Made by a program: the position numbers and the translations under genes. Below, piece by piece: positions 25,590 to 37,467 of a DNA stretch of 64,000 bases. The notes below the pieces were generated by a model. It saw only the letters and a program-made list of their open reading frames with translations. It was not told the DNA's origin and searched no databases. The stretch covers positions 17,360,001-17,424,000 of the forward strand of contig OX597823.1 of assembly GCA_951406725.2 (NCBI GenBank). The letters are read 5' to 3'. The DNA is from Octopus vulgaris (lineage: Eukaryota). Every line of letters begins with the position of its first letter. The first letter of the stretch is position 1.

Positions 25590-27045
25590 ATATATGAATT
25601 CTCAATGGTCTCTTCATCTGTGTGACTTCATTTTCTTAGTTTTTACATCAAGAGTGCTCACTACTAGCCGACACAAAATCAACTTGTTCATGCCTTTTAT
25701 CCTTAAACTTCTCTTTTCAGACTTTGATATTTCTCAAGAATTTTTACTCTTTCTTCTCACACTTTTTGTTGTACTCTAGCGTTTTTATATCAGATATTAT
25801 TCATTATCTTTTCATTTTAGTTGACACTAACAATGTGTGGTCTTGATCATACTTCCGCCGGTTACGACGACGAGGGTCCCAGCTGATACGATCAACGGAA
25901 CAGCTTGCTTGTGAAATTAACGTGCAAATGGCTGAGCATTCCACAGACACGTGTATCCTTAACGTAGTTCTCGGGGATAATCAGCGTGACACAGAGAGTG
26001 ACAAGGCTGACCCTTTGAAATACAAGTACAACTCATTTTTGCCAGCTGAGTGGACTGGAGCAACGTGAAATAAAGTGTCTTGCTCAAGGACACAACGCGT
26101 CGCCGGGAATCGAACTCACAACCTTACGATCATGAGCCGAATGCCCTAACCACTAAGCCACGCGCCCTCACTGGTCTTGATCATACTGAATGTTGAAATC
26201 CCACAACACCTTAACATTTTCATTATCTTCCGTTCCATTAGGTTAAAGTTCTTAATGTTCATACCACCTATCAACTCTGATAAATTATATTCTCTACACA
26301 GTTTCAACCGAACTATGCATGCGATATTCTCTTGTCACGTTTTGTATTCTCTTTGCGTTTTACAAACATAATATTTTACATAGGTTTGTTTTAAATATTT
26401 GCTTTTGTGCACCACAGATTAACACTTCATTTTCAATATTTAACTACGATTTTTATATCCACGCCTGTGTCCCTTTCTTATCTTCAGTATTATTCATAAT
26501 ACGAACACTTTCTCTATTCTGTTTATCTCAAGTTCTCCACTATCAATGCAGTCTGCATCTATTCAGGCCAGGGGTTTTTAAACCAATCAACAGCTGTTCT
26601 GAGCTTTTAGCTACCACTATTCCAAACTCTTTGCTTTGCTTCTCATAGTTTTCCCCCCAACGTATCAAACCTTTTCCTCTATTTTTCCTGGCAGGTAAAG
26701 CCCATGAAGGAAAACTTTCGGGTATAGTTTCCTTTAAGCTGTCATCACTCCCAGAGTCTTTTGTCTTGCATTTGGAGTTCTTTCTCATTCCATTTGAATT
26801 TCTTTGCTTCATATCTTATTACTGATACCGCCCATATATTTAGTGCCAATAAAATTTTTCTGCCGTTTAATTTTTGAATTTTAATGCCAGTTTTAATCTT
26901 CTATGGTATTCTTTCCCAAACTGTTCCTTCAATTCAATCTTATTCAACTTGTTGACTTCTAGTATTTTCTAGGATATAAATTCATTTTTCTCAACATCCT
27001 TCATTACTTCATTACCAGTCCTCGCTATTCCATCTGCTCATACTA
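25590..27045 (-). mobile_element. R4/Dong-clade non-LTR retrotransposon relic (RT thumb to RLE), split by a SINE
   Basis: Minus-strand fragments KEYHRRLKLALK/KLNGRKILLALNIWAVSVIRY, RKNRGKGLI, ENEVLICGAQKQ, NENVKVLWDFNIQYDQ, RPHIVSVN, LEKYQSLKREV. Many stops and frameshifts. Confidence 0.85.
25854..26170 (-). mobile_element. SINE family D, full length
   Basis: GAGGGCGCGTGGCTTAGTGGTTAGGGC...GAGTTCGATTCCCGGC, CCTTGAGCAAG core. 16-bp TSD TGGTCTTGATCATACT. Confidence 0.92.
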
Positions 27046-27076
27046 ACTTTACTTTTTATTATTACAAGTACATCAA

Positions 27077-27472
27077 GGCAGCGAGCTGGCAGAAACGTTA
27101 ACGCGTCGGGCAAAATGCTAAGCAGTATTTCGTCTGCCGTTACGTTCTGAGTTCAAATTCCGCCGAGGTCGACCCTGCCTTTCATACTTTCGGGGTCGAT
27201 AAATTAAATACCAGTTACGCACTGGGGTTGATATAATCGACTTAATCCGTTTGTCTGTCCTGGTTTGTCCCTTCTGCGTTTAGTCCCTTGTGGGTAATAA
27301 AGAAATAGGTATTTCGCTTGTCGCAACGTTGTGAGTTCAAATTTCGCCGATGTCGACTTTGCCTTTCATACTTTCGGGGTCGATAAATTAAATACCAGTA
27401 AAACACTGGGGCTGATATAATCGATTATCCCCCAGATTTCAGGTCTTGTGCCTATTGTAGAAGGGATTATTA
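27077..27472 (+). mobile_element. SINE family A dimer
   Basis: Two cores; ends in the alternative tail AGATTTCAGGTCTTGTGCCTATTGTAGAA. Confidence 0.9.
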
Positions 27473-27593
27473 CAAATATATCGCACTTTTTATTTCGATT
27501 CTTATGGTTTGGTGATGGGGACGATGACAATGATAACAACAGCAACAATAACAGCAGTAGTAGCCGCAGCAACAGCAACATTAATAACAATAA

Positions 27594-28405
27594 TAATCCT
27601 TTTTATTATAGGCACAAGGCTTGGAATTTTCAGGGGACGGGCAATCGATAACATCGACCCCAGTACTTGACTGGTACTTAATTTATCGACCCCGAAAGGA
27701 TGAAAGGCAAAGTCGACCTCGGGGGAATTTGAACTCAGAACGTAAAGACAGACGAAATATTTCGCCCGGCGTGCTAACGATTCTGCCAGGTCGCCACCTT
27801 ATCAACAATAATAATCCTTTCTATTATTGGCACAAGGCATGAAATTTGGGGAAGGGGTATAGTCGATTATATCGACCCCAGTACTCAACTGATACTTAAT
27901 TTATCGACCCCGAAAGGAAGAAAGGTAAAGTTGACCTCGGCGGAATTTGAACTCAGAACGTAGCGACGGGCGAAATACCGCTAAGCATTTCGTCCAGCGT
28001 GTTAACAATTATTTCTACAATAGGCACAGAGCCTGAATTTTGTGAGGAGGGGGACATTCGATTACATCGACCCCAGTACTGAACTGATACTTAATTTATC
28101 GACCCGAAAGGATGAAAGGCAAAGTCGACCTCGGCGGAATTTGAACTCAGAACGTAGCGGCGGGCGAAATACCTATTTCTTTATTACCCACAAGGGGCTA
28201 AACACAGAGGGGACAAACAAGGACAGACATAGGTATTAAGTAGATTACATCGACCCCAGTGCGTAACTGGTACTTAATTTATCGACCCCGAAAGGATGAA
28301 AGGCAAAGTTGACCTCGGCGGAATTTGAACTCAGAATGTATCGACGGGCGAAATGCCGTTAAGCATTTCGCCTGGCCCGTTAACGATTCGGCATGCTCGC
28401 CGCTT
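27594..28405 (-). mobile_element. SINE family A copies (monomer plus composite)
   Basis: Four cores; TTATCAACAA(T/C)AATAAT flanks the 27815-28403 block. Confidence 0.9.
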
Positions 28406-28717
28406 TATCAACAACAATAATGATGAAAACGAAAAAAAGGCATCGGAAGGGCGATGCATACTCAGTGCGCAGATAAACTTTTTCGCAACCTATAGTGTGG
28501 CTTACAATGCGTTGTTTACCCATGATTTTTAATTGAACTTTAAGTATCACCTTTATAGATATTTATACTTCGGTGAAATCAAGAAATCAACTTGTAAATA
28601 AACGAAGCCCTTGAATCCATCACTGTACACACGCGCGCGCGTATGCACTCACACAGAATTGCATATTTACTGCAAAGCTTTTTGTTTGACGGCTTAACGA
28701 TTCTGCCAGCTTGCCGC

Positions 28718-28733
28718 ACTACCACCACCACCA

Positions 28734-28806
<73 letters not shown>

Positions 28807-28890
28807 AACAACAACAACTACTACTACTACTACTACTACTACTATTACTACTACTACTACCACCACCACCACCACCACCACCACTACTAC
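28718..28890 (+). repeat. compound (CTA)/(CCA)/(CAA) trinucleotide tract
   Basis: Direct reading. Confidence 0.95.
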
Positions 28891-29199
28891 TTGTTGTTTT
28901 TGTTGTAACTGTACGTTGAAGTAAATGGATGTCTCCAATATATCCATAGATGCGCAAAGAAAGCAATTTTTAACCGGATTATCTTATCAAAACAACAAAA
29001 AATACTTTTAGTTTCAGTTTTACCTGGAGAACAAAGAAAGTTTGTCTTTAAGATTTCTAAAACAGTTTACACATTTTTTTTTTTTTTACCAGTAGCCACT
29101 TGACCACTTGGCCTTAACAAGAAAAGCTGTTCACAACAGTAATAGTAACAGCAATGTAAAAAGTAAACACGTTCCCAAATTATTTACAAATGGAAAAAA

Positions 29200-30410
29200 A
29201 AAAAAAAATCAAACACAGAGCCGGAACTTGTATAAAGAATAGAACATTGATAAGAGTGAAAAATAAAACAGTGTAAATAGCAATAACAATGCCAACAATG
29301 GCATTTCACCATTTACAAAAATTGCGGCTGATAAGAGCGATTTGAGACAGTTCCAGAGAGTAGAGAAGGTGTGGGCGAGGTACGTTACTTAAAACCAGCA
29401 CCTCACTGCTCAGCTAATTAATCTAGGAAAGAACGTGGCGGAGGGTCTTCCATATTTTCTTGAAAGAGAAGTATGAAAAGCCCTGGTTAGTGTTTGGCAA
29501 GATCAACGGTATTATATCAATGGTGGTAGAGTATATGTAAGTTTGTCTCTAGTTTTTTTTTATGTCCTCAGACATAACTGGACACAGTGAGGAAACATAA
29601 TTTGGGCGTTACACATCTACCCAAAGGTTAGTACCACACTACATGGATTTCAAGAACACTAAAGATCAAAGCCAAAGATTGCTAAAGACACCGAATATTT
29701 GCTTCTTGTCAGCTTTGTGTAACAATACGGGTTCGTGGTGAGAGCAGAATTAAATTTCAGCAAAACGTAGTTTATTTAAGTATGTATAGACATTAGGGAT
29801 CTTTTAATGTCAAATGATCATAAAACCAAAAACCTCATTGAGGGATAGGCTGTGTAAGGTAGAAAGCTCACTAAACAGAAGCAACAAGGAAAAAAAATGA
29901 AGCAATTAAAACCAAACTAATAATTATTCTGGCAGGTTTAACGACGTATTTAACGACCGGACGTTTCAATCAGCAAGCCATTAATATGTTTTTTTCGTGA
30001 GGCTGTCATCGACATGCTTTTTTGCAATGCCAACAGGACAATCGAAAGAGCTTACTATTGCACTGGTATGTCAGTGGGTCAAATTATCACGAAGAACTAT
30101 TAGAATAGCAATAATAGCTTAGATGCTTAGATATTGGTTATTGAGGGCGGCGAACTGGCAGAAACGCTAGCACGCCGGACGAAATGCGTGGCCGTATTTC
30201 GTCTGTCGTTACGTTCCGAGTTCAAATTCCGCCGAAGTCGACTTTGCCTTTCATCCTTTCGGGGTCGATAAATTATGTACCAGTTATGCACTGGGGTCGT
30301 GTTTAGCCCCTTGTTGGTAGTAAAGATAATAATAGCTTAGATATTGGTTATTACGGAATCAGTAATGCAATGGATGGTTCTGAAGATAAATTCCTCTATG
30401 GAAACAACGA
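29200..30410 (+). mobile_element. pogo/Tigger-like transposase relic, split by SINE A (30143-30326)
   Basis: KLIIILAGLTTYL/RPDVSISKPL (cf. IPGGLTS.LQPLDVS.NKPFK), TGQSKELTIALVCQWVK and YGISNAMDGSEDKFLY (cf. CGISNALDGSEDD). The 5' boundary is uncertain. Confidence 0.75.
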
Positions 30411-30944
30411 GGACCCCAAAACAATTAGTAATTAATACTTAATGGGCTGTAAAATAATACAGAATTTTCATTTGTTACACGCTCGAGTAACATATTTACT
30501 ATTGAAGTGCAGTCGATAAAAGAGTCAATATCTTAATTTTATTTATTTATATCTATTTTTATTGGCTCTTTCCCTCTCACACTTTCACTCACTGGATATA
30601 AGGAGGTCGCGGGCGCACCACTGATCTCCATAGTGTATGGTGGCGGTCAATAGAGTACTGTACTCAGGTACTCTTGACTTGGCAAGGGTAGTGGGAATGT
30701 AAACAATTTCTCTGGACAGTTCCAATTAGCGGTATGCTAAAAATTTTTTTAGCGGTGAATAGGATGTAGCTAATGCATAACTGTTTTGTCACAAATTAGA
30801 TAATTTTTTATAAACTACATCTATGATGATACCGTTGATCGCCAAAATTATTTTTACTAAAACATAGCTTACTATATTTATAAAGGCCAGGTCTTATCAC
30901 TCGTAACTTATGAGTTAAATGGTAATTTTACAATTATTCCTTTT

Positions 30945-31350
30945 ATGATTACTATTATCATTGTTTTATTTCTCAGAGCGCTCGATCTTGTTTGCTCTGA
31001 TAGATTCTGTGAGAGCGGACAGCAGGCTGCTGTCAGAGGTCTCACAGGGTCTCTTTCCGCACATTATAAGGTTTGATACTTGGTTGTTTATTATCGTGGG
31101 AGACATTCAACTTCCAAGTGTCAATCTTAAAATCCTAGCTGTCCCTAGCAGCGCAGTTTTTTGGGGGCTTGTTCTGCTCTCATGTAAATTCCGATTTCTC
31201 TGACATACATCTCGAACTTGGTTGTTAGTGTTCCGAGTGCCCCTATTGCTAGAATGTGGACTGTGAGGACACTCTCCTCACAGTCCACATTCTAGCAATT
31301 TCGTCTTATAGTAGTCTGTACTTTTCAATGTTTTCTAGTTCTTTGTCACT
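30945..31350 (-). mobile_element. R4/Dong-clade RLE C-terminus and 3' UTR
   Basis: Minus strand DKELENIEKYRLL*DEIARMWTVRRV...IGALGTLTTKFEMYVREIGI...KTALLGTARILRLTLGS*, ending in an AAT-like tail. Confidence 0.9.
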
Positions 31351-31356
31351 TGGTTA

Positions 31357-31515
31357 ATATTTATAGGATTGAGGTAACTCCACCAGAAGATATAGAAGCA
31401 AAAAAACCTGTGGAAGACACACGAGATGTCGAAATATCGTTCACTTGATGACAGTTGCACTCTTCTTTTTTTGCTTCTATATCTTCTGGAGGAGGTTCCT
31501 CAATTCTATAAATAT
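31357..31515. mobile_element. fold-back element with hammerhead in its loop
   Basis: ~50-bp imperfect inverted arms 31357-31406 and 31466-31515, next to (ATC)/(ATT) tracts. Confidence 0.75.
31405..31441 (+). ncRNA. minimal hammerhead motif, A6U variant
   Basis: AAC-CTGTGGA-A-GACA-cacgaga-TGTC-GAAA-TA-TC-GTT: 3-bp stem I, 4-bp stem II, palindromic ATAT stem III, AUC triplet. Confidence 0.6.
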
Positions 31516-31529
31516 CATCATCATCACCA

Positions 31530-31570
<41 letters not shown>

Positions 31571-31774
31571 GAGGTGGCATGTTGGCAGAAGTGTTAGCAC
31601 GCTGGACAAATTGCTTAGCGGCTTTTCGTGTTCATGTTCTGGGTTCAGATTGCGTTGAGGTTGACTTTGCCTTTCATCCTTTTGGGGTCGATAAAATAAG
31701 TCGTGCCTTGGGGTCGATGTAATCAACTAGACCCTCTCGCCGCCCGCCAAATTATTATTATTATTATTATTATT

Positions 31775-32212
31775 GAGTGAGAGAGCAGTGCATGCCATCA
31801 AACTGACACTGGGGTAAAATATACGAAGCCCAGTATACCCTTCATGACTACCCATCTGATAAGGGTACACTAGGTACATGCATCACAACCATATGTGCGC
31901 GACATGGTGATCTCATATCAAGATAAAAGCACATGACCTTGCAGGTGGGGCCCAGTTAGAATTTTCTTCAGGTCGAGTAGCCCATCCTGCTCAAAAGGTC
32001 CCTGAATAAGGGTTGCTTTAGGATGTTGAACGAACCACCCATGTTTTCAGAGGTGAATTATTCAAACCCCAAAGAATCCCTCTCAACACATGGCTATGAT
32101 GCTCCCCCACTACTTCTGCTCGTGATCAGAGATGCACATATCGTCAGCCACTAAGGGACATGCTCAACTGGTTAAGGTCAAACAACTGACAAGCAAATCT
32201 GTGGTATTGAGC

Positions 32213-32214
<2 letters not shown>
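31775..32214 (-). mobile_element. ~440-bp element embedded in (AAT)n, probable retroelement 3' end (Dong-like targeting)
   Basis: GC-balanced block bounded on both sides by (ATT)n. No coding signal, so family and strand are inferred. Confidence 0.55.
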
Positions 32215-32263
<49 letters not shown>

Positions 32264-32619
32264 TATTATTTTTTTTTTCTTCTCTTGTTTGTACAACTTT
32301 GTCTTGTTCTTCCCCACGTGTTCTTATACATGAATGTAAAAGAGACGGTGTTGTTAATTCAGAAAGTAATATGAATGTTATTATTTTGTAATTACATGTG
32401 TGTGTGTGCATCTGTATGTGTACGTGTGAGGTGAGGGTAGGGTGGGCGCTTCAACAAGCTTCTTGAAAGAAAAATGATTGTGAAAATAGACTAATACCGA
32501 TGTAGTAAGTGTGAATATTGTACAAGTTTCTTCCAGAAATTGGCAAATTGACAGAACCACTTCTGTTCTCTCTCGCTCTCTTTCTCTCTTTCTCTCTTTT
32601 TCAGTCTCTATCTCTCCGT

Positions 32620-32656
<37 letters not shown>

Positions 32657-33424
32657 TGTTTCTGTCTTTCTCTCTCTCTGTTTCTGTCTGTCTCTCTCTT
32701 TGAGCTGTAAGTACATATTTTATTGTTTCGACAGCATTCAGTATGGTTCCTTTCGATTACTGTTTAGAGAAAGGGCTAGTGGTGAGGAGGGTGGTGGTCG
32801 TCGTCGTCGTAGTGAAAGTGGTGCTGATTCTGGTGTGGAGGTAGTGGTGAGATAGTAGCAAGGTGGCAGTGGTGGTGGTGTTGGTGTTGGGATAAAATGG
32901 TTATGTAATCGGGTGATAGGGTGTTGGGGGTGATAATCTTAGGGGAGGTATTGATGACGATGGTGGGTGGTGGTACTTTGATGGCATATTGGGGTAAGAA
33001 GGTGAGGAACTGCTGGGGGTAAGATGGTGGTGAGGTGGAGATTGTCAGGTGTTGATGATAGTGAAATGATGGAGGTGGTGGTGGTGGAATTTTACGAAAC
33101 AAAACACCTAGGAGCAGGTTCAAAGGTGGCAAATCTTAAGTCGGTTGTCTTATATATCAAAAAGGAAACTGTTAATTTAAATACAGGGAAACGATAAAAG
33201 ACGAATGTTGCCAAGAATTAATCGTTTCCGAGTGGAAGCAAGCCTGTGTGTGCTAAAGAAGATCGGCTTCCAAACACGTGATTCTAGGTTCGATCTCACA
33301 TTCACGACACCTTGAGCAAATGCCCTCTACCATAGCTTTATGTTGACCAATACGCCATGAAGGAACTTCGTTGACAGAAACTGAGCAAAAGTCCATCACA
33401 CATACATACACACACACGCACACA

Positions 33425-33456
<32 letters not shown>

Positions 33457-33650
33457 TACACACTCACACACACACACACACACATACACACACACACACA
33501 CACACATATATAGATTAGTCTATTACGCGTGTGTTTGAAAAGTTCTACAGAGAAACCGCTTACACAATACGAAAACATCTTTGCTGAAGGTTCGTGTTAT
33601 TCCGTTTTTCAAAAGACTTTTTGAAAATGGTTACTAACTTTTAAGGAAAT

Positions 33651-33875
33651 CTATACATGCATACACACATATATGTATGCATATATATTTATACATAAAT
33701 ACATATATGTATATACATATACATATACATGTATATATATATATATATACACACATATGTGCACACACACACACACACATATATACAAATACATGCACAT
33801 ATGTACATACATGTACACCTGAGTATATACCGATTTAGCTATATACATGTATATATATATATATACACACATATG

Positions 33876-33915
<40 letters not shown>

Positions 33916-34061
33916 CACATACATGTACATGTGTACATACATGTACACCTGAGTAAATTCACACACACACACATATATGCATGTACATGCACATATGTAC
34001 ATACATATACACCTGAGTATATACCGATTTAGCTATATACATGTATATATATACACATATG

Positions 34062-34109
<48 letters not shown>

Positions 34110-34225
34110 CACATACATGTACATGTGTACATACATGTACACCTGAGTAAATTCACACACACACATATATACATATACATGCACATATGTACATACATGT
34201 ACACCTGAGTATATACCGATTTGGC
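33651..34225 (+). repeat. higher-order repeat (~190-bp period) built from TA/CA tracts
   Basis: ACACCTGAGTATATACCGATTT at ~33815, 34009 and 34201, alternating with ACCTGAGTAAATTC at ~33947 and 34141. Confidence 0.85.
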
Positions 34226-34567
34226 TACCTACTTACCTACCTATCTACCTACCTATTACCTGCATATTCATCTACGGTAGTAAGCGAGCTAGTTAGCAAG
34301 ATTCAGAGTTAGAAAGAAAGACAGGGGGATTTAGTCATAATTCTTGGGAGCTTTTCAGACGGATTCGTAAACAGACAGGTAGGTCGATAGATAGATAAAG
34401 GTATCACATGCACCTGAATAGGTGTTTATTTATCAATATAATTATTAGACTTCCTCTCCTGATTTTGGTCTAAATATAAACTCACCCATGACCTCTGTTT
34501 GACCTCTCACACGTTTTTTTTTCTATGTCTCAGTATGTAAATATCTCTGTGTGTGCACATATGTGTG

Positions 34568-35064
34568 ACTATACATACATACATACATACATACATACAT
34601 ACATACATACATACATACATACATACATACATACATACATACATGCATACATACATACATACGTACATACGTACATACATACATGCATACATGCATACAT
34701 ACATACATACATACATACATTCATACATACTTACATACATACATACAGACATACATACATATATACACACATACATACCTACGTACCTATATACATACAT
34801 ACATACATACACACACATACATACATTCGTACGTACGTACGTACATACATACATGCATGCATGCATACATACATTCATACATACATATATACATACATAC
34901 ATACATACATACATACATACATACATACATACACACATACATACCTACGTACATATATACATACATACATATATACATACATACATACATACATACATAC
35001 ATTCGTACGTACGTACGTACATACATACATACATACATGCATGCATGCATGCATACATACATAC
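34568..35064 (+). repeat. degenerate (TACA)n
   Basis: Direct reading. Confidence 0.95.
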
Positions 35065-35311
35065 TGCCTAAATACCAATCTTGAGGAATTGGGCTTCTCA
35101 AAAACAGAAAGGTGAAAGTTGATTCGAAGACTACAGATCCAATCCATCCCTGGAACTGTAAAAATCTGTAAAACTTTTCCAGAAGTTTATCATTTAAGTA
35201 TATATGAGCATGTCTAGATATGCAGCTATACGCATGAGAATACATACATAAAACATACAAATCTGCACATATACACACATACATACATACATACATACAT
35301 ACATACATACA

Positions 35312-35342
<31 letters not shown>

Positions 35343-35530
35343 GAGCATGTCTAGATATGTAACTATATGCATGAGAATACATACATAAAACATAGGAATC
35401 TGTACATGCATACATACAAAAATACCCTGTTGTTGATGTTGAAATTCCAATGAAGGAACCTTGGATCTAGATTAGAAACCAGCTCTTTCTCTGTTGGCAA
35501 GATCTTGAAATAAAACTGAATATTGACATA
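35065..35530 (+). mobile_element. RLE-type non-LTR retrotransposon 3' end inserted in (TACA)n
   Basis: CLNTNLEELGFSKTER*KLIRRLQIQSIPGTVKICKTF resembles RLE C-termini (L..LG....LQ..S..GT.KI.K.F). 3' UTR carries AATAAA; TACA repeats on both sides. Confidence 0.7.
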
Positions 35531-35594
35531 TATACATACATACATACATACATACATACATACATACATACATACATACATACAAACATATAGC

Positions 35595-35840
35595 AGATAA
35601 AATACCTATTTCTTTATTACCCACAAGGGGCTAAACACAGAGGGGACAAACAAGGACAGACATAGGTATTAAGTCGATTACATCGTCCCCAGTGCGTAAC
35701 TGGTACTTAATTTATCGACCCCGAAAGGATGAAAGGCAAAGTCGACCTCGGCGGAATTTGAACTCACAACGTAACGCAGACGAAATACCGCTAAGCATTT
35801 CGCCTGGCGTGCCAGACATTCTGGAACCTCGCCGCCCTCC
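35595..35840 (-). mobile_element. SINE family A
   Basis: Family A core and tail. Confidence 0.9.
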
Positions 35841-36707
35841 TTCCAAAAGTAATATCACATTTGAAGAGGAAATGGTCAATACCTAAATAATATATTTTTA
35901 AAGTCGAAACGTATACAACACTGTGAGTGAACATATTCAACTTTAAAAGTAATCTTTTGAATCAGTACATTAAATTCAAATGTAAATTGAAAATAAGAAA
36001 AACCATAAATAATAAAATCAATTAGAATTGTGAGCATAAAAATTTTAAATCTATATATGTAGAATAATAGTGTTTTTGATTTGCTTAATAGAATAATAAT
36101 GTTTTTGAATTGCTTAATATAATGAAGTTATTTTTAGGAGTTAGTTAATACTTTTATCCTGGAAAGCGATTTTAATAAAATATTTACTTCCTCTCTTAGT
36201 ATTGTCAATGATAATATAAATAAGTTATGTACAAGTATCGACTGGAAATAAATGGTTGAAAATGAATAAAATATTTTCTTTTTAAAATTATTGAATTCAA
36301 CTTTATTACCTCGAGTTTATCAATTATCAATGTGATGAAATATAAAATAGCCTATGTATCGTATTTTATGTATGTATACAGTCGAAAGGCAAGATGCTGA
36401 GGTTTATCCTCCGAGATAAAATCTCTTGTTGACCGTGCTTTATTAAAAACATGATATATATCGGAGGAAGACGAAACATCGCCCAGCATTGACCTGCAAG
36501 AAGACTGCCAGACACATTTCGACCTTCTTGGGCCTTGGCAGTAACATACACTCGCAGCCACATCCCCAGACGGGATTTTTCGCCCCTGATAATAATAAGG
36601 GGACAGTATATATTACATTCACTGATATTGCGAATAGTCACCGAACTGAATAAAAGCATCCAGCGTTCACATGAAGCAGCATTAAACTAAGATGCCATCT
36701 ATTTATC

Positions 36708-36746
<39 letters not shown>

Positions 36747-36769
36747 TATATATATATATATATATACTT

Positions 36770-37055
36770 CTAATAGGATAAAATATTTTTCCCCCCAAAA
36801 TTCCATTTGGCCAGCATATTAAAGTACCTTTAAAGGTGAACATTATAAGCAATTATAAACAAGGGCAAAGGAAAAAAATATTTCTATGCCAATATACTGA
36901 GGATAGACTTTAAATCGTCAATCATCACATTAAAATATTCATTCACTATGAATACACGTCGTACTGAAATCGAGGGAGGCAAGCTAACAGAATTTTTGTT
37001 CTCAACATATTGGCATAGAAATCTTTTTCTTTTGCCGTCGTTTATAATTGTTTAT
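36770..37055. mobile_element. fold-back element in (TA)n, same family as 14595-15012 in opposite orientation
   Basis: Inverted arms ~36845-36901 and 37001-37055. ATAGGATAAAAT...GGCCAGCATAT...TACCTTTAAAGGT...AAGGGCAAA aligns to the reverse complement of 14880-15012. Confidence 0.75.
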
Positions 37056-37079
37056 GTATATATATATATATATATATAT

Positions 37080-37365
37080 AACGTAAAGTATACTAGCCAT
37101 CTCAATATGGCTAACCACTAAGGGTGGGTGTTACTGTAGCTTTTAGCCCAGGAATCATCGTCTCCAGCTGGCTTTAGGCACACTTTCTGTGCCCTTATGG
37201 TATTTGCTAAGGGAGGTCATCCCTCTCTCGTAAACCTAAGTGACACGAAGGCACAGAAAGTGTGCATAAAGCCAGCTGGAGACGATGATTTCCTGGGGCT
37301 AAAAGCTACAGTAACACCCACCCTTAGTGGTTAGCCATATTGAGATGGCTAGTATACTTTACGTT
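37080..37365. mobile_element. fold-back element in (TA)n
   Basis: ~114-bp near-perfect inverted arms 37080-37193 and 37250-37365. Confidence 0.75.
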
Positions 37366-37409
37366 GTCGAGCAGTTACTGTTTACATCTCGTTCAGAGAT
37401 TTATTATTG

Positions 37410-37467
<58 letters not shown>

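Noticed and set aside
35440-35490. CCAATGA...AGAAACCAGCTC in the TACA-element 3' UTR
   Set aside because: Two core deviations and poor stems.
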